Source: an uncultured Nitrospiraceae bacterium
GTDB lineage: Bacteria; Nitrospirota; Nitrospiria; Nitrospirales; Nitrospiraceae
Assembly (NCBI GenBank): GCA_963730935.1
Contig: CAVSTP010000004.1
Coordinates: 1,056,001-1,120,000 of the forward strand
Reading direction: 5' to 3'
Length of the DNA stretch: 64,000 bases
The position numbers were made by a program, and so were the translations under genes. Positions 27,498-39,746 of the stretch are shown in pieces; the stretch's first letter is position 1; every line of letters begins with the position of its first letter. Under the pieces are notes generated by a model. That model was not told the origin of the DNA and did no database searches. It worked only from the letters and a program-made list of their open reading frames with translations.

Positions 27498-29102
27498 TTA
27501 ATGTCCGAGTTTCTTTCGGAGCGCCGCCCCAATAAATCCGCTGAACAACGGATGGGGACGGTGCGGACGCGAACAATATTCAGGATGGAACTGTGTGGCC
27601 AGGAACCAGGGATGGTCCTTGAGCTCGACGATTTCGACCAGCCGGCCGTCCGGCGACAGCCCGCTCAGCACCAAGCCCTTTGCCGTGAGTTGGTCACGGT
27701 AGGCGTTGTTGAATTCAAACCGGTGTCGGTGCCGTTCACGAACTTCGTTCACGCCATACATCTTGTGGGCAAGCGTCCCTTCTCCGAGGCGGCAGAGGTA
27801 GCTTCCGAGGCGCATCGTCCCGCCCTTGTCGCTCACGGCCTGTTGGTCGTGCATCAAGTGAATGACTGGATGCGGCGACCGTTCATCGAATTCGGCGCTG
27901 TTGGCGCCAGCCAAGCCGGCGACGTTGCGTGCGAATTCGATCGTGGCGCACTGCATGCCGAGGCACAGGCCGAGGAACGGCACCTGCCGCTCACGCGCAA
28001 ACCGGATCGTGGTGATCTTCCCTTCAATTCCACGCGCACCGAAGCCGCCCGGGATGAGAATGCCGTCTGCCTCCCGGAGGATCCGCTCCGTTCCCTGCCG
28101 CTCGATATCTTCCGATTCGATCCAGTGGATGTTCACACGCGTCTCATGGTCGATGCCGCCATGGACGAGCGCTTCAGCCAAACTCTTGTAGCATTCTTTC
28201 AATCCGGCATACTTGCCCACCAGCGCCACCGCGATCTCGTGTTTGGGGTGCTTGATTTTCTGCACCATCGCATCCCATTCGCGCAGGTTCGGCGGACCGG
28301 TTTCCATTCTCAACTGCCGGACGATCAGTTCATCCAGGCCTTCCTTGCGGAACACGATCGGTACTTCATAGATCGTCTCCACGTCCTTCGCCGTAATGAC
28401 CGCGTCCTTCTCGACGTTGCAGAACATCGCGATTTTACCCTTCATTTCGGGCGGAATGTAGCGATCAGTGCGGCACAATAAGATGTTCGGCTGAATACCG
28501 ATCTCCCGCAACTTGTTCACGGAATGCTGGGTCGGCTTGGTCTTCAATTCTCCCGCTGCGCTGATGTAGGGAACCAGCGTCAGGTGGACGTAGAGCACGT
28601 TTTCTCGCCCGACGTCGTACGGCATCTGTCGAATCGCCTCGAGAAACGGCAGGCTTTCGATATCGCCGACGGTCCCGCCGATTTCGACGATCGTGACGTC
28701 CATGCCCTGTGAGACCCGCATGATGCATTGTTTGATCTCGTCGGTAATGTGCGGCACGACCTGCACGGTCCCGCCGAGATAGTCTCCCCGTCGCTCCTTG
28801 GTGATGACGGAGTTGTAGATGCGGCCGGTCGTGTAGTTGTTCTGCTTGGTCAACGTCAGCGAGGTATAGCGCTCATAATGGCCGAGATCCAGGTCGGTCT
28901 CCGCACCGTCGTCGGTCACGTACACTTCGCCGTGCTGGTATGGATTCATGGTGCCCGGATCGACATTGATGTACGGATCGAGCTTGAGGAAGGTGATCTT
29001 GAGTCCCCGGCTCTCGAGCAGATTGCCGATCGACGCCGACGCCAGTCCCTTGCCCAATGAGGACACGACCCCACCGGTGACAAAGATGTATTTGCCCATC
29101 AT
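27498..29102 (-). CDS. pyrG: CTP synthase
   Basis: [37 protein letters not shown]. Start is one of ATG 29111, 29102 or 29099. Confidence 0.97.
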   Translation of the reverse strand: MMGKYIFVTGGVVSSLGKGLASASIGNLLESRGLKITFLKLDPYINVDPGTMNPYQHGEVYVTDDGAETDLDLGHYERYTSLTLTKQNNYTTGRIYNSVITKERRGDYLGGTVQVVPHITDEIKQCIMRVSQGMDVTIVEIGGTVGDIESLPFLEAIRQMPYDVGRENVLYVHLTLVPYISAAGELKTKPTQHSVNKLREIGIQPNILLCRTDRYIPPEMKGKIAMFCNVEKDAVITAKDVETIYEVPIVFRKEGLDELIVRQLRMETGPPNLREWDAMVQKIKHPKHEIAVALVGKYAGLKECYKSLAEALVHGGIDHETRVNIHWIESEDIERQGTERILREADGILIPGGFGARGIEGKITTIRFARERQVPFLGLCLGMQCATIEFARNVAGLAGANSAEFDERSPHPVIHLMHDQQAVSDKGGTMRLGSYLCRLGEGTLAHKMYGVNEVRERHRHRFEFNNAYRDQLTAKGLVLSGLSPDGRLVEIVELKDHPWFLATQFHPEYCSRPHRPHPLFSGFIGAALRKKLGH

Positions 29103-29145
29103 GGTGTCCATCCCCCCGGATCGGGTGAAGGTGATCCGCATTCAG

Positions 29146-29934
29146 TCATAAATGGGTCGACGTTTCAAGCGGCTTGTTCAGCGCCAGGCGCCGCAAGCTC
29201 TCAATGGCCGAGAGGACGTCGGCCGGGGTATCAATGCGCAAGGACGCATGCTGTGTTTCCCACACCTGAATGCCAATCCCGTTGTCCAGGGCGCGCAATT
29301 GCTCCAGCTTTTCCGCTTCCTCTAGACCACTCGTCGCCAACGACGACAGCCTGAGCAGCGTTTCCCTCGTATAGATGTAGACGCCCAGATGGATATAGTG
29401 CAACCCCTTCATGGCCAGTCGACCATGATCATCCCGGACCAGCGGGATGGGCGCGCGTGAAAAGTATAAGGCCCGGCCCTGCCGGTCGGTAACCACCTTG
29501 ACGACCGCCGGGTTCTGCAGTTCTTCGGCGGTGTGCAGGGCGCGCTTCAGGGTCCCCATCTCGGCGCCGGATTCGACGAAGGGCTCGATCAGATCTCTCA
29601 GCAGCTCAGGATCTGCCGGAATTTCATCTCCCTGCAAATTCAAGAAAAACCGGCCGGGCCGCGATCGGGCCACACTGGCAACCCGATCGGTGCCGCTTCG
29701 AAAATCCCCGGTGGTCAACACTGCCTGCCCTCCGAACTCCTCCACGGTCCGCCGGATCCGTTCGTCATCTGTGGCAACCACCACTTCGGACACGACACGG
29801 CAGGCCACCGCCTGCTCGTACACGTGTTGAATGATCGGCTTTCGATCGAGCATGGCGATGGGCTTGCCGGGAAATCGTGACGACCCGTACCGCGCCGGAA
29901 TCACGACCGTCACATCCGGTCTCTGCTTCACCAT
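29146..29934 (-). CDS. kdsB: CMP-KDO synthetase
   Basis: IPARYGSSRFPGKP, SGTDR, NLQGDE, LEQLRAL. Confidence 0.96.
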   Translation of the reverse strand: MVKQRPDVTVVIPARYGSSRFPGKPIAMLDRKPIIQHVYEQAVACRVVSEVVVATDDERIRRTVEEFGGQAVLTTGDFRSGTDRVASVARSRPGRFFLNLQGDEIPADPELLRDLIEPFVESGAEMGTLKRALHTAEELQNPAVVKVVTDRQGRALYFSRAPIPLVRDDHGRLAMKGLHYIHLGVYIYTRETLLRLSSLATSGLEEAEKLEQLRALDNGIGIQVWETQHASLRIDTPADVLSAIESLRRLALNKPLETSTHL

Positions 29935-29940
29935 CCTACC

Positions 29941-31002
29941 TTAGTCTCCCAGCTCTTCAGAAAGCTGCTTGGTGGTCACCGTGGCCGTGCCGACCATTCC
30001 CACAACGATACCCGCCGCATGATTGGCCAACGTCGCCGCCTCACGCATCGAAGCGCCGGCTGAAAGCGCCAGGGCCAGCGTGCCGACGACGGTATCGCCG
30101 GCGCCGGTGACATCGTAGACTTGCCGCGCCTGCGCGGGAATGTGCCAGGCCTCGTTGTGGCCTTCAAAGAGGCTCATCCCCTTCTCCCCTCGCGTGATCA
30201 GCACCGACTGGCAGCCCAGCCGTTGACGGATCGTTTCTCCGGCTTCCTGGATTGTCTGATCTCCTTCCCCATGGAGTCCCGCTGCCTGTGTCGCTTCCAA
30301 ATGATTGGGCGTAATGACCGTAACCCCCTTGTAGAAGCCAAAATGCTCGACTTTGGGATCGACGATGACCGGTACCTTGCGCAGCGCCGCAAGACGGACC
30401 AGATCTGACATGATTCCTGCCGTCACCACCCCTTTGGCGTAATCCGACACCACCACACAGGTGAGTTCGCGGAGGCGCGATTCAACATACCGCAAGATCC
30501 GTTTTTGCAACTGTGGCTTGATCTCGCCTTTGCGCTCGACGTCATAGCGCACCACCTGCTGATTGTGTGCGATGACCCTCGATTTCTTGATCGTCGGCCG
30601 GTCGGTATCAGTGACGATGCCGCCGTGGCCTGCCCGTTTAGTACCCAACTCCTTAAGCAGCAGACGCCCAGCCTCATCCGAGCCGATCATGCCGCAAATG
30701 TCGGCTTTTCCTCCGAGCGCGAGGATATTGTTGAAGACGTTGGCGGCTCCGCCGAGCCGCATGGATTCCGACTCAACGTGCACGACGGGCACTGGCGCTT
30801 CCGGTGAAATCCGGCTCACCCGTCCCCAAATATAATGGTCAAGAATTAAATCACCGATGACGAGCACCGAGGCTTGAGGGAATCGCTGGATATGGCGCCG
30901 AAGGCTGCTGGCTGACGGCTTCTCTTGGCGGCTGGATGAGCCCGCTGTCGTCGAGTCACGAGCCGGTCTGCTCACTGAATCGCCTTGCCGAACCGCCCCC
31001 AT
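29941..31002 (-). CDS. rfaE1: D-glycero-beta-D-manno-heptose-7-phosphate kinase (HldE kinase domain only)
   Basis: RISPEAPVPV, GGAANV, SDYAKG, DVTGAGDT. No adenylyltransferase domain. Start likely ATG 31002. Confidence 0.9.
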   Translation of the reverse strand: MGAVRQGDSVSRPARDSTTAGSSSRQEKPSASSLRRHIQRFPQASVLVIGDLILDHYIWGRVSRISPEAPVPVVHVESESMRLGGAANVFNNILALGGKADICGMIGSDEAGRLLLKELGTKRAGHGGIVTDTDRPTIKKSRVIAHNQQVVRYDVERKGEIKPQLQKRILRYVESRLRELTCVVVSDYAKGVVTAGIMSDLVRLAALRKVPVIVDPKVEHFGFYKGVTVITPNHLEATQAAGLHGEGDQTIQEAGETIRQRLGCQSVLITRGEKGMSLFEGHNEAWHIPAQARQVYDVTGAGDTVVGTLALALSAGASMREAATLANHAAGIVVGMVGTATVTTKQLSEELGD

Positions 31003-31727
31003 CGAACCCACTCCTTCCATTGCCCTTGGCCGCTCCATGACCAATAAATACGGAAGGCTTTTCCCCGGATTTTTTCCTCGCGCACGAATCCCCAAAAGCG
31101 GCTGTCCAAACTTTGGTCGCGATTATCTCCCATGACGAAATAGGACTCGGAAGGTACCGTGACGGGACCGAAGTTATCCCGGGGGTTGATCGTCCCGTCG
31201 ATCACCCCCGAGTCAATACGCTGCGTAAACGCCTTGTCGTCCAGCGGTGACCCGTTGACCAAGACTACTTTGTTCTTGATCTGAACCGTGTCCCCTGGGA
31301 CGCCGACGATCCGCTTGATGAAATCCTTCTCCTCGTCCTCCGGAAACCTGAACACGATGATGTCCCCTCGCTGCGGTTTTCCAAACTCGATCACCGCATG
31401 GGAGGCGTAGCAATTCACCGGCGGGAACGTGACCTGGAATTTGCAGTCGCTCGGCCATTGAATGCCGTAGGCGAGCTTGCTCACCAGGATGTGGTCGCCG
31501 ATCAATAGGGTGGGAATCATCGAACCGGAAGGGATCTTGAATGCCTGGACAACGAACACGCGGATGGCAAAGGCCAGCAGCATCGCCACAACGATGGCTT
31601 CTGCATATTCCCGGAACACGGACTTCCGGGCTGGCTGCACGGTGCTGGACATGCCCTCTCCTGTGGCCGCCTCCGGCGCTCGGGATGCAATCTCGTCTGT
31701 ACTCTGGAGGTTGGGATCGATGCTCAT
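30972..31727 (-). CDS. lepB: Signal peptidase I
   Basis: [28 protein letters not shown]. Confidence 0.96.
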   Translation of the reverse strand: MSIDPNLQSTDEIASRAPEAATGEGMSSTVQPARKSVFREYAEAIVVAMLLAFAIRVFVVQAFKIPSGSMIPTLLIGDHILVSKLAYGIQWPSDCKFQVTFPPVNCYASHAVIEFGKPQRGDIIVFRFPEDEEKDFIKRIVGVPGDTVQIKNKVVLVNGSPLDDKAFTQRIDSGVIDGTINPRDNFGPVTVPSESYFVMGDNRDQSLDSRFWGFVREEKIRGKAFRIYWSWSGQGQWKEWVRWGRFGKAIQ

Positions 31728-33523
31728 TCGTCACCGACTTTCAGGATGGCCAAGAAAGCTTCCTGAGGCACTTCCACGCTGCCGACGGCTTTCATCCGTT
31801 TCTTTCCTTCTTTTTGTTTTTCGAGAAGTTTGCGCTTGCGGGTAATGTCGCCGCCGTAGCATTTTGCGGTAACATTCTTCTTCATCGCTCCGATGGTCTC
31901 GCGGGCGATCACTTTGTTGCCGATCGCCGCTTGGATGGCGATCTCGAACATCTGCCGCGGAATCAGCTCTTTCATTTTCTCGGCCAACTGCCGGCCTCGC
32001 GGGTAGGACCGTTCTTTGTGCGTAATAAATGACAGGGCGTCCACCGCTTCTCCGTTCAATAGAATGTCCAGCTTGACGAGATCTGACTCCCGATAACCGA
32101 GCACCTCGTAATCCAGCGATGCGTATCCCTGCGTCCGCGACTTCAACTTGTCGTAGAAATCGAGGATGACCTCATTGAGCGGCATTTCATAGCTGATCAT
32201 CACGCGCGTCGGATCGAGGAAGTGAATGCTGCGCTGGGTTCCCCGGCGTTCCTGGCACAACTGGAGAATCGCTCCCATGTAGCGCTCGGGCGTGATGACC
32301 GTGGCGAGAATGAACGGCTCTTCAAATCGTTCGATGCTACTGGGCGGAGGCAACTCCGCCGGATTGTCGATTTCCACCACCTCGCCCTTGGTCGTGGTCA
32401 CGCGATAGACGACGGTCGGAGCGGTCGTAATCAGCGTCAGACCGTATTCGCGCTCGAGGCGCTCCTGAATGATTTCCATGTGCAACAACCCCAGGAACCC
32501 GCAGCGGAACCCAAATCCGAGCGCCAGGGACGTTTCCGGCTCATAGACAAACGACGAATCGTTGAGGCGCAGTTTAACGAGGGCATCCCGCAAGTCTTCG
32601 TATTTTGACGTATCGGTTGAATACAGTCCGCAAAAGACGAGGGGCTTCACTTCCTTGTAGCCCGGAAACGCCTCAGCCGTCGGCTGCACGGCATCAGTAA
32701 TGGTGTCTCCGATTTTCACATCGGCGACCTCTTTCATGTTGGCGCACAAATAGCCCACCTCTCCGGTCAACAGTTCCGTTTTCTTCACCCGTTTCGGCGT
32801 GAAATGACCGACTTCCATGACCTCGAAGGTCCGGCCGTTCGACATCACTTTGATTTTCATGCCCGGGCGAACGGCGCCATCGACGATGCGGGTCAAGACG
32901 ATCACACCCTGGTAGTTGTCGAACCATGAATCGAAAATCAACGCCTTGAACGGCGCATGGGGGTCGCCTGACGGCGGAGGAATCCGCTCGATGATGGCCT
33001 CGAGCACCTCGGGAACCCCACGCCCCTCCTTGGCGCTGATGGGAATCGCATCGCTCGCATCCAGCATCAGCACTTCGGAGATGGAATGCTTGGTGTTCTC
33101 CACGTCGGCGCTGGCCAGATCGATCTTATTGATGACCGGAATAATCACGTGTTTGTTCGCCATCGCGAGATTCACATTGGCGATGGTTTGGGCCTGGACG
33201 CCCTGAGTCGCATCGACCAGCAACAGCGAACCCTCGCAGGCCGCAAGGCTCCGCGAGACCTCGTAGGTAAAGTCGACGTGCCCCGGCGTGTCGATCAGGT
33301 GCAGGGCGTAGGTGTTCCCGTCACTGGCCTTGTATCGGATCGCCACCGCATGGGCCTTGATGGTAATCCCCCGCTCACGCTCCAGATCCATTGCATCGAG
33401 AATCTGGTCCTTGGCCTCACGGGCCGTCACAGCACCAGTGGCTTCAAGGAACCTATCAGCGAGGGTTGATTTGCCGTGATCGATATGGGCGATAATAGAG
33501 AAATTGCGTATGAGGCTTTGCAA
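31724..33523 (-). CDS. lepA: Elongation factor 4
   Basis: [41 protein letters not shown] start. Confidence 0.98.
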   Translation of the reverse strand: MQSLIRNFSIIAHIDHGKSTLADRFLEATGAVTAREAKDQILDAMDLERERGITIKAHAVAIRYKASDGNTYALHLIDTPGHVDFTYEVSRSLAACEGSLLLVDATQGVQAQTIANVNLAMANKHVIIPVINKIDLASADVENTKHSISEVLMLDASDAIPISAKEGRGVPEVLEAIIERIPPPSGDPHAPFKALIFDSWFDNYQGVIVLTRIVDGAVRPGMKIKVMSNGRTFEVMEVGHFTPKRVKKTELLTGEVGYLCANMKEVADVKIGDTITDAVQPTAEAFPGYKEVKPLVFCGLYSTDTSKYEDLRDALVKLRLNDSSFVYEPETSLALGFGFRCGFLGLLHMEIIQERLEREYGLTLITTAPTVVYRVTTTKGEVVEIDNPAELPPPSSIERFEEPFILATVITPERYMGAILQLCQERRGTQRSIHFLDPTRVMISYEMPLNEVILDFYDKLKSRTQGYASLDYEVLGYRESDLVKLDILLNGEAVDALSFITHKERSYPRGRQLAEKMKELIPRQMFEIAIQAAIGNKVIARETIGAMKKNVTAKCYGGDITRKRKLLEKQKEGKKRMKAVGSVEVPQEAFLAILKVGDE

Positions 33524-33555
33524 ATCCTAGCTCATTTTTTCAATAAAATCGGTTC

Positions 33556-33584
33556 ATTATAGTAACTGCCCCCTGGGTTGTCAA
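33556..33584 (-). promoter_or_regulatory. Consensus sigma70 promoter of the lepA operon
   Basis: Minus strand TTGACA-17 nt-TATAAT, an exact consensus match. Confidence 0.85.
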
Positions 33585-33606
33585 AGTAAACAGCCCCCCG
33601 TATAAT
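33578..33606 (+). promoter_or_regulatory. Sigma70 promoter of bioA
   Basis: TTGTCA-17 nt-TATAAT; its -35 overlaps the lepA -35. Confidence 0.75.
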
Positions 33607-33681
33607 CCGCGCCGCAACCGCTCCAGCATTGCGTTTTCCTGGCATCGCCCTCGGGAACGGCATCACGGCACCACGACTCCC

Positions 33682-35052
33682 ATGACCAACACAAAAAAGG
33701 CGCCCTCGTTGGGTGACTGGGACCGGCAATATGTGTGGCATCCCTTTACCCAGATGCAGGAGTGGGAACAGGAGGAGCCCATCATCATCGAGCGCGGAAA
33801 AGGTGCGTACTTGATTGACACCGAGGGGAGAACGTATTTGGACGGCACGTCATCCATTTGGGTGAATCTCCATGGGCACCGACACCCCGCGCTCGACCGT
33901 GCGCTCAAGGCCCAAAGCAAACGGATCGCCCACTCCACGCTGCTCGGCCTCTCGAATCCGCCAGCAATCCGTCTCGCGCGGCAGCTGATTGCCGTCGCTC
34001 CGAAAGGACTCACGCGAGTCTTTTACTCGGACGACGGGTCGACGGCCGTTGAAGTGGCGCTCAAAATGGCGGTGCAGTACTGGCAGCAGAGGCGACCGGA
34101 GGCGGGACCCAAGAACCAATTTCTACATTTGAACCTGGCCTATCATGGCGACACGATCGGAGCGGTCAGCGTCGGCAACATCGAGCTGTTTCATACGCGA
34201 TTCCGGCCCTTGCTGTTTCCGACGCAAGCGGCTGATCCTCCGTATTGTTATCGCTGTCCGCTGGCGTTGACCTATCCCGCCTGCCGCCTTGCCTGCCTCG
34301 ACCCCATCGAACGGATCTTGCGGGAACACGGACACGAACTCGCAGGGTTTATCATTGAACCGCTGATCCAGGCGGCCGCAGGCATGATCACCCAGCCTCA
34401 GGGTTACCTGAAACGGGTGAGGGAACTCTGCACGAAGTACGAGGTCCTGCTGATCGCGGATGAAGTGGCCACAGGATTCGGTCGGACGGGAAAGATGTTT
34501 GCGTGTGAACGTGAAGGTGTGACGCCTGACCTGATGGCGCTCAGTAAGGGACTCACGGGCGGGTATCTGCCGCTTGCCGCGACGTTGACGACCGAGGAAA
34601 TTTATCGCGCCTTTTTGGGTAAGTATGAGGAGTGCAAAACATTCTTCCATGGACATAGCTACACCGGCAATCCACTCGGGTGCGCCGTGGCTCTGGCCAA
34701 CCTCGAAATTTTCCGGACCGAGCACACGCTGGCGAAGCTCAAGCCAAAAATTAGCCGTCTCTCTCGGCTGCTCAAGCTCCTCCTTCGACTGCCGCACGTC
34801 GGCGACATCCGCCAGCAAGGCTTCATGGCGGGCATCGAACTCGTGCGTAACCGTACAACGCGAGAGGCGTATCCGCTCGAAGCACGAGTGGGTCATCGCG
34901 TTGCTCAGGAGGCTCGGAAGCGAGGGCTTCTCCTGCGACCGCTCGGCCACATCATCGTCCTGATGCCGCCCTTGTCCGTCAATGTCCGCACGCTGACCCG
35001 CATGGTCAACATTCTCTCCCACTCGATCACCGTCGCCACGCAGCACGATTAG
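33682..35052 (+). CDS. bioA: Adenosylmethionine-8-amino-7-oxononanoate aminotransferase
   Basis: VWHPFTQM, SDDGSTAVEVALKMA, YHGDT, DEVATGFGRTG, SKGLTGGYLP, FFHGHSYTGNP. Confidence 0.95.
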   Translation: MTNTKKAPSLGDWDRQYVWHPFTQMQEWEQEEPIIIERGKGAYLIDTEGRTYLDGTSSIWVNLHGHRHPALDRALKAQSKRIAHSTLLGLSNPPAIRLARQLIAVAPKGLTRVFYSDDGSTAVEVALKMAVQYWQQRRPEAGPKNQFLHLNLAYHGDTIGAVSVGNIELFHTRFRPLLFPTQAADPPYCYRCPLALTYPACRLACLDPIERILREHGHELAGFIIEPLIQAAAGMITQPQGYLKRVRELCTKYEVLLIADEVATGFGRTGKMFACEREGVTPDLMALSKGLTGGYLPLAATLTTEEIYRAFLGKYEECKTFFHGHSYTGNPLGCAVALANLEIFRTEHTLAKLKPKISRLSRLLKLLLRLPHVGDIRQQGFMAGIELVRNRTTREAYPLEARVGHRVAQEARKRGLLLRPLGHIIVLMPPLSVNVRTLTRMVNILSHSITVATQHD

Positions 35053-35122
35053 TCCCTGCACAAAGCGATCCGCCAAGCGCCGTCGAACCCGCTCCCTCCG
35101 ATTCGTCGACCCCGGAAGCCAC

Positions 35123-35920
35123 CTACGACAGTTTGACGGGCTCATGGCGGGTCACGTTGAGCAGCGCGCTTGCGCTCGATTCCTTACAAAAAATTTCCAA
35201 CTGGCCGTCACTGTTGATCAACGCCCGCGCACCATGGTCTCCTTCTGCATAGCAGCGTACGAGGCCATCGATGGAATGGCCGCCAATTCGGATCAGCGGA
35301 TTCGGCCGTTTGGTGATCTCTCGCACCTCCTTCACATGGCGCAAGGACACATTCGTGATGAGATTGCCGAACACATCGACGTAGACCACCTCGCCCACAA
35401 GCGCCGCCTCTTCCCACTGCGGCTGAGTGACCGGAAAGCGGTGGGCATCCGAGACGACGCGGCCGTAGGACACGAACGGTTGTTGTTTGGTGAGCCAGGC
35501 GGCAGCAGGCGCGAAGACGTCCCGACCGTCGAAGGTATGCCCTTCAGTATCAAGCCGATATTGCTTGTTCTCGATCTCCCGGACCTCGACGTCGCCTTCA
35601 TGCTCGAAGACATGTGTCAGCAATCCGTTGTCTGGAGCGCAAAAAAAGTATCGAGAGCTCTTCGCGATCAGAGGACGCCGGTCACTGCCGACTCCAGGAT
35701 CAACGACCGCCACATGGATGGTGCCGTCTGGAAAATACTTGTAGCAAGATTTCCACGCATAGGCGCCGTCCTGGATATCATGGGAGCCGATATGATGGGT
35801 GAGATCGACGATCGTGGCCTGGGGATTGATCGAGAGAATGACCCCCTTCATGCTGGCCACGAACCAATCTCGGTCCCCAAAATCAGTCAGGAGAGTGATG
35901 ATCGAGGCGGGATGCGGCAT
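35123..35920 (-). CDS. DUF62 / SAM hydroxide adenosyltransferase (chlorinase/fluorinase superfamily)
   Basis: LLTDFG, VVDPGVGS.R, PDNGLL, TFDGRDVFAP, DVFGNLITN. Confidence 0.9.
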   Translation of the reverse strand: MPHPASIITLLTDFGDRDWFVASMKGVILSINPQATIVDLTHHIGSHDIQDGAYAWKSCYKYFPDGTIHVAVVDPGVGSDRRPLIAKSSRYFFCAPDNGLLTHVFEHEGDVEVREIENKQYRLDTEGHTFDGRDVFAPAAAWLTKQQPFVSYGRVVSDAHRFPVTQPQWEEAALVGEVVYVDVFGNLITNVSLRHVKEVREITKRPNPLIRIGGHSIDGLVRCYAEGDHGARALINSDGQLEIFCKESSASALLNVTRHEPVKLS

Positions 35921-35954
35921 GAGAACCGCCTTCTACGGTCGCGGACGACTGAAC

Positions 35955-36431
35955 CTACAATTCCTCAAATTTGATCTCGATGACTTCATACTCGACGGTC
36001 TTGACGGGCGTCTGCACTTCGATAAAGTCGCCGACGCGTTTTCCGATCAACGCCCGGCCGACCGGCGATTGAATCGAGATCCGGTTAAACTTCATGTCGG
36101 CCTCATCCTGGCCGACCAGCGTGTACTGCCGTTTCGCCTGGGATTCCTGTTCGATCACCAATACAGTCGCGCCGAATACGATGGTGTCGGAACTCCGTCC
36201 TGCGATTTCGACGATACGGGCATCCGCCAGCTTGGATTCAATTTCAGCGATGCGCGCCTCGATGAAGCCTTGCCGTTCTTTGGCCGCGTCATACTCCGCG
36301 TTTTCGCTGAGATCCCCATGGGCACGGGCTTCGGCGATGGATTCGATCACTTGCGGCCGCTCCACTTTCCGGAGGCGATCGAGTTCCGTCTTCAGTGCAT
36401 CGTAGCCCTTCTTAGTAATCGGTGTCGGCAT
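35955..36431 (-). CDS. greA: Transcription elongation factor GreA
   Basis: ARAHGDLSENAEYDAAK, SPVGRALIGK. Confidence 0.97.
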   Translation of the reverse strand: MPTPITKKGYDALKTELDRLRKVERPQVIESIAEARAHGDLSENAEYDAAKERQGFIEARIAEIESKLADARIVEIAGRSSDTIVFGATVLVIEQESQAKRQYTLVGQDEADMKFNRISIQSPVGRALIGKRVGDFIEVQTPVKTVEYEVIEIKFEEL

Positions 36432-36485
36432 AGGGCGGTTATTCCTCTCGCAGAACGTTGAAAGGGACAGATGGTTCCACTGCTG

Positions 36486-39400
36486 CTATGACCCGCAGTG
36501 GTATTCTTGCAATGAGCGGATCGTCAATTCTTTTTTGAGGATCGCTTCGATACCCATGACAGCGGCGCGTGCTCCCCGCATGGTTGTAAAGTAGGCCAAC
36601 CCTCGATTTAAGGCTTCCCGGCGGATGGACAGCGAGTCGGCATGCGAAGCCGCCGTGCCCACGGTGTTGACGACCAGCGCCACGTCTCCGTTCTTGATAT
36701 GGTCGACGATATGAGGCCGTCCTTCAGTCACTTTGAGTACCGTTTTGGCCTCCACGCCGTTATCGCGCAGATACGCCGCGGTCCCGTTCGTCGCCTGCAC
36801 ATTGAACCCCAGCCTGCGTAGATGTTTCGCCACCTCGAGAGCGGCGGAGCGGTCGTTCTCCTTGACGCTGATAAACGCCGTGCCCGAACTCGGAAGTATT
36901 GCTCCAGCGCCAGCCTGCGATTTGGCGAAGGCCCACCCGAAATCCACATCAATACCCATGACTTCCCCGGTGGATTTCATCTCGGGGCCGAGCAGCACGT
37001 CGACGCCGGGAAATTTGTTGAACGGGAACACGGCTTCCTTGACGGAGAGATGGGCCGGTTGAGGGGCGGCCATGAATCCTAGGTCGTCTAACGTCCGTCC
37101 CACCATCGTTTTCATGGCCAGTTTCGCCAGGGGTACACCGATCGCCTTGCTGACGAACGGAACCGTCCGGGATCCTCGCGGATTGACCTCCAACACATAG
37201 ACTTCACTGTCCTTCACGGCAAATTGCGCATTCATGAGGCCGACCACACCCAGCTCCAACGCCAGTGCCGTCATTTGACGGCGGATCTTTTCGACGACCG
37301 TCTCGTCGAGTGAATAAGGCGGCAGCGAACAGGCGGAGTCGCCTGAGTGCACACCGGCCTCCTCGATATGTTCCATGATACCGGCGACCACCACTCGACG
37401 GCCGTCGCAGATTGCATCCGCATCGACCTCAATGGCGTCGGAGAGATATTTGTCGATCAGCACCGGGTGCTTGTCCGACGCCTTCACTGCCGACCCCATG
37501 TATCCCAGCAAGCCTGCCTCATCGTAGACAATCTGCATCGAGCGTCCCCCCAGCACATAGGACGGCCGCACCATGACGGGGTAGGTGATTTCCGCAGCGA
37601 TCCTCACCGCCTCGCCAACCGACCGCGCAACGCCGCTCTGCGCCTGTTTCAGCCCCAAGATGTTGAGCAGTTCGCGGAAGCGTTCACGATCCTCCGCGCG
37701 ATCGATGGCATCGGGACTGGTGCCTAGGATGGGGACGCCGGCTTTCGAAAGCGGAATGGCGAGTTTGAGGGGCGTTTGACCGCCGAACTGAAGGACGACG
37801 CCCATCGGCTGCTCTCGGTGGACGATGTTCAGGACGTCTTCTTCCGTCAACGGCTCAAAGTACAGCCGGTCGGAGGTGTCGTAATCCGTGCTCACAGTTT
37901 CAGGGTTGCAATTCACCATGATGGTCTCAATGCCTTCGTCCCGCAGCGCCATGGCTGCGTGCACGCAGCAATAGTCGAATTCGATGCCCTGTCCAATCCG
38001 GTTGGGGCCTCCGCCCAGGATAATCACCTTCTTCCGACCGGTCGGGCGCGCCTCGCATTCTCTTCCATAGGTCGAATACAGATAGGGAGTGTGCGCTTCG
38101 AATTCCGCGGCGCAGGTATCCACGCGTTTATACGTGACCGACCGTGCATTCTTCGCCGATCGCGCTGCATGAATCGCCGCAATCGACCACTCGGTGAGAA
38201 ATGCAATACGATTGTCAGAGAATCCTTGCTCTTTGGCCTCCCCGAGTATCGCGCTGTCGAGTGCCGGCGAGGGCTTGGCCGCCTGCTCGACCAATCGCTG
38301 CTCGAACTTCACGATGCCCCGTAACTGTTCTAGGAACCAATTGTCGATTTTCGTAAGCGCGAAGAGGTCTTCATTTGACATCCCCAGCCGCATACCGTCA
38401 GCCAGGTACCAAATTCGCTCGGCAATCGGACTGCGCAATTGCTGACGAACCCGCTCCAGCGCCCCCTGACGGTCAAACCCTTCGGGCACGCCCCGATCAA
38501 TGCCAAGGCGGGACACGAGGCCATTTAAATCGAGCTCCAGTGAACGGATGGCTTTCTGCAACGACTCTTTGAACGTCCGTCCGATGGCCATGACTTCGCC
38601 GACCGATTTCATTTGCGTCGTGAGCGTGGGATCGGCGCCTTTGAATTTCTGAAACGCAAAGCGAGGAATTTTTACCACCACATAATCGATCGTCGGCTCA
38701 AACGACGCTTTCGTCACGCCCGTAATGTCGTTTGTGATTTCGTCTAGGGTGTATCCCACCGCCAGTTTCGCAGCGATCTTCGCGATAGGGAATCCCGTCG
38801 CTTTGGACGCCAATGCCGAACTGCGCGACACGCGGGGATTCATTTCAATGACGACCATTTCGCCGTTATCGGGATCGATACCGAACTGGATGTTCGACCC
38901 GCCCGTCTCGACTCCGATCTCGCGGATGATGCGTAGGGCGGCATCGCGCATGCGTTGATATTCCTTGTCCGTCAAGGTCATGGCCGGCGCAACCGTAATG
39001 CTGTCTCCGGTATGCACGCCCATCGGATCAAGGTTTTCGATCGGACACACGATGACGACGTTGTCCTTCAGGTCCCGCATGACCTCAAGCTCGTACTCCT
39101 TCCATCCGATCAACGACTCTTCGATCAGCACCTGGCTGACGGGACTCATCGCCAAGGCCCACTCGATCAATTTTTCGAATTCTTCACGATTGTAGGCGAT
39201 GTTGCCGCCCGTGCCACCCATAGTGAACGAAGGCCTGATGATGGCCGGAAAGCCTACACGGTCCAGCACACGAATAGCTTCGTCTCGACTGTGCGCCGTC
39301 CCGCTCTCGGGCACTCGCAACCCAATCCGTTGCATCGCCTGCTTGAAAGCGTCGCGATCCTCCGCTTTATGGATGGCGTCCGCAGATGCACCGATCAAGG

Positions 39401-39740
39401 TCACGCCGTATTTCTCCAGCGTCCCCCGCTTGACCAGGCCCATCGTGGCATTGAGCGCCGTTTGCCCTCCCATCGTCGGCAGCAAGGCGTCGGGCCGCTC
39501 GCGTTCGATGACCTTTTCCACAACATCGAGCGTAATCGGTTCCACATAGGTCCGATCCGCCAGTTCAGGGTCCGTCATGATCGTGGCCGGGTTGCTGTTG
39601 ATCAGCACGACCCGATAGCCCTCTTCTTTGAGGGCCTTGCAGGCCTGCGTTCCGGAATAATCGAATTCGCAGGCCTGACCGATCACGATCGGTCCCGACC
39701 CAATCAGCAAGATGTTGTGGATGTCGGTGCGTTTGGGCAT
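36486..39740 (-). CDS. carB: Carbamoyl-phosphate synthase large subunit
   Basis: [17 protein letters not shown], duplicated ATP-grasp, MGS domain. Confidence 0.98.
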   Translation of the reverse strand: MPKRTDIHNILLIGSGPIVIGQACEFDYSGTQACKALKEEGYRVVLINSNPATIMTDPELADRTYVEPITLDVVEKVIERERPDALLPTMGGQTALNATMGLVKRGTLEKYGVTLIGASADAIHKAEDRDAFKQAMQRIGLRVPESGTAHSRDEAIRVLDRVGFPAIIRPSFTMGGTGGNIAYNREEFEKLIEWALAMSPVSQVLIEESLIGWKEYELEVMRDLKDNVVIVCPIENLDPMGVHTGDSITVAPAMTLTDKEYQRMRDAALRIIREIGVETGGSNIQFGIDPDNGEMVVIEMNPRVSRSSALASKATGFPIAKIAAKLAVGYTLDEITNDITGVTKASFEPTIDYVVVKIPRFAFQKFKGADPTLTTQMKSVGEVMAIGRTFKESLQKAIRSLELDLNGLVSRLGIDRGVPEGFDRQGALERVRQQLRSPIAERIWYLADGMRLGMSNEDLFALTKIDNWFLEQLRGIVKFEQRLVEQAAKPSPALDSAILGEAKEQGFSDNRIAFLTEWSIAAIHAARSAKNARSVTYKRVDTCAAEFEAHTPYLYSTYGRECEARPTGRKKVIILGGGPNRIGQGIEFDYCCVHAAMALRDEGIETIMVNCNPETVSTDYDTSDRLYFEPLTEEDVLNIVHREQPMGVVLQFGGQTPLKLAIPLSKAGVPILGTSPDAIDRAEDRERFRELLNILGLKQAQSGVARSVGEAVRIAAEITYPVMVRPSYVLGGRSMQIVYDEAGLLGYMGSAVKASDKHPVLIDKYLSDAIEVDADAICDGRRVVVAGIMEHIEEAGVHSGDSACSLPPYSLDETVVEKIRRQMTALALELGVVGLMNAQFAVKDSEVYVLEVNPRGSRTVPFVSKAIGVPLAKLAMKTMVGRTLDDLGFMAAPQPAHLSVKEAVFPFNKFPGVDVLLGPEMKSTGEVMGIDVDFGWAFAKSQAGAGAILPSSGTAFISVKENDRSAALEVAKHLRRLGFNVQATNGTAAYLRDNGVEAKTVLKVTEGRPHIVDHIKNGDVALVVNTVGTAASHADSLSIRREALNRGLAYFTTMRGARAAVMGIEAILKKELTIRSLQEYHCGS

Positions 39741-39746
39741 GAAGCG

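Noticed and set aside
27501..28481. 326-aa plus-strand ORF
   Set aside because: Antisense shadow of pyrG.
34123..35145. 340-aa minus-strand ORF
   Set aside because: Antisense shadow of bioA.
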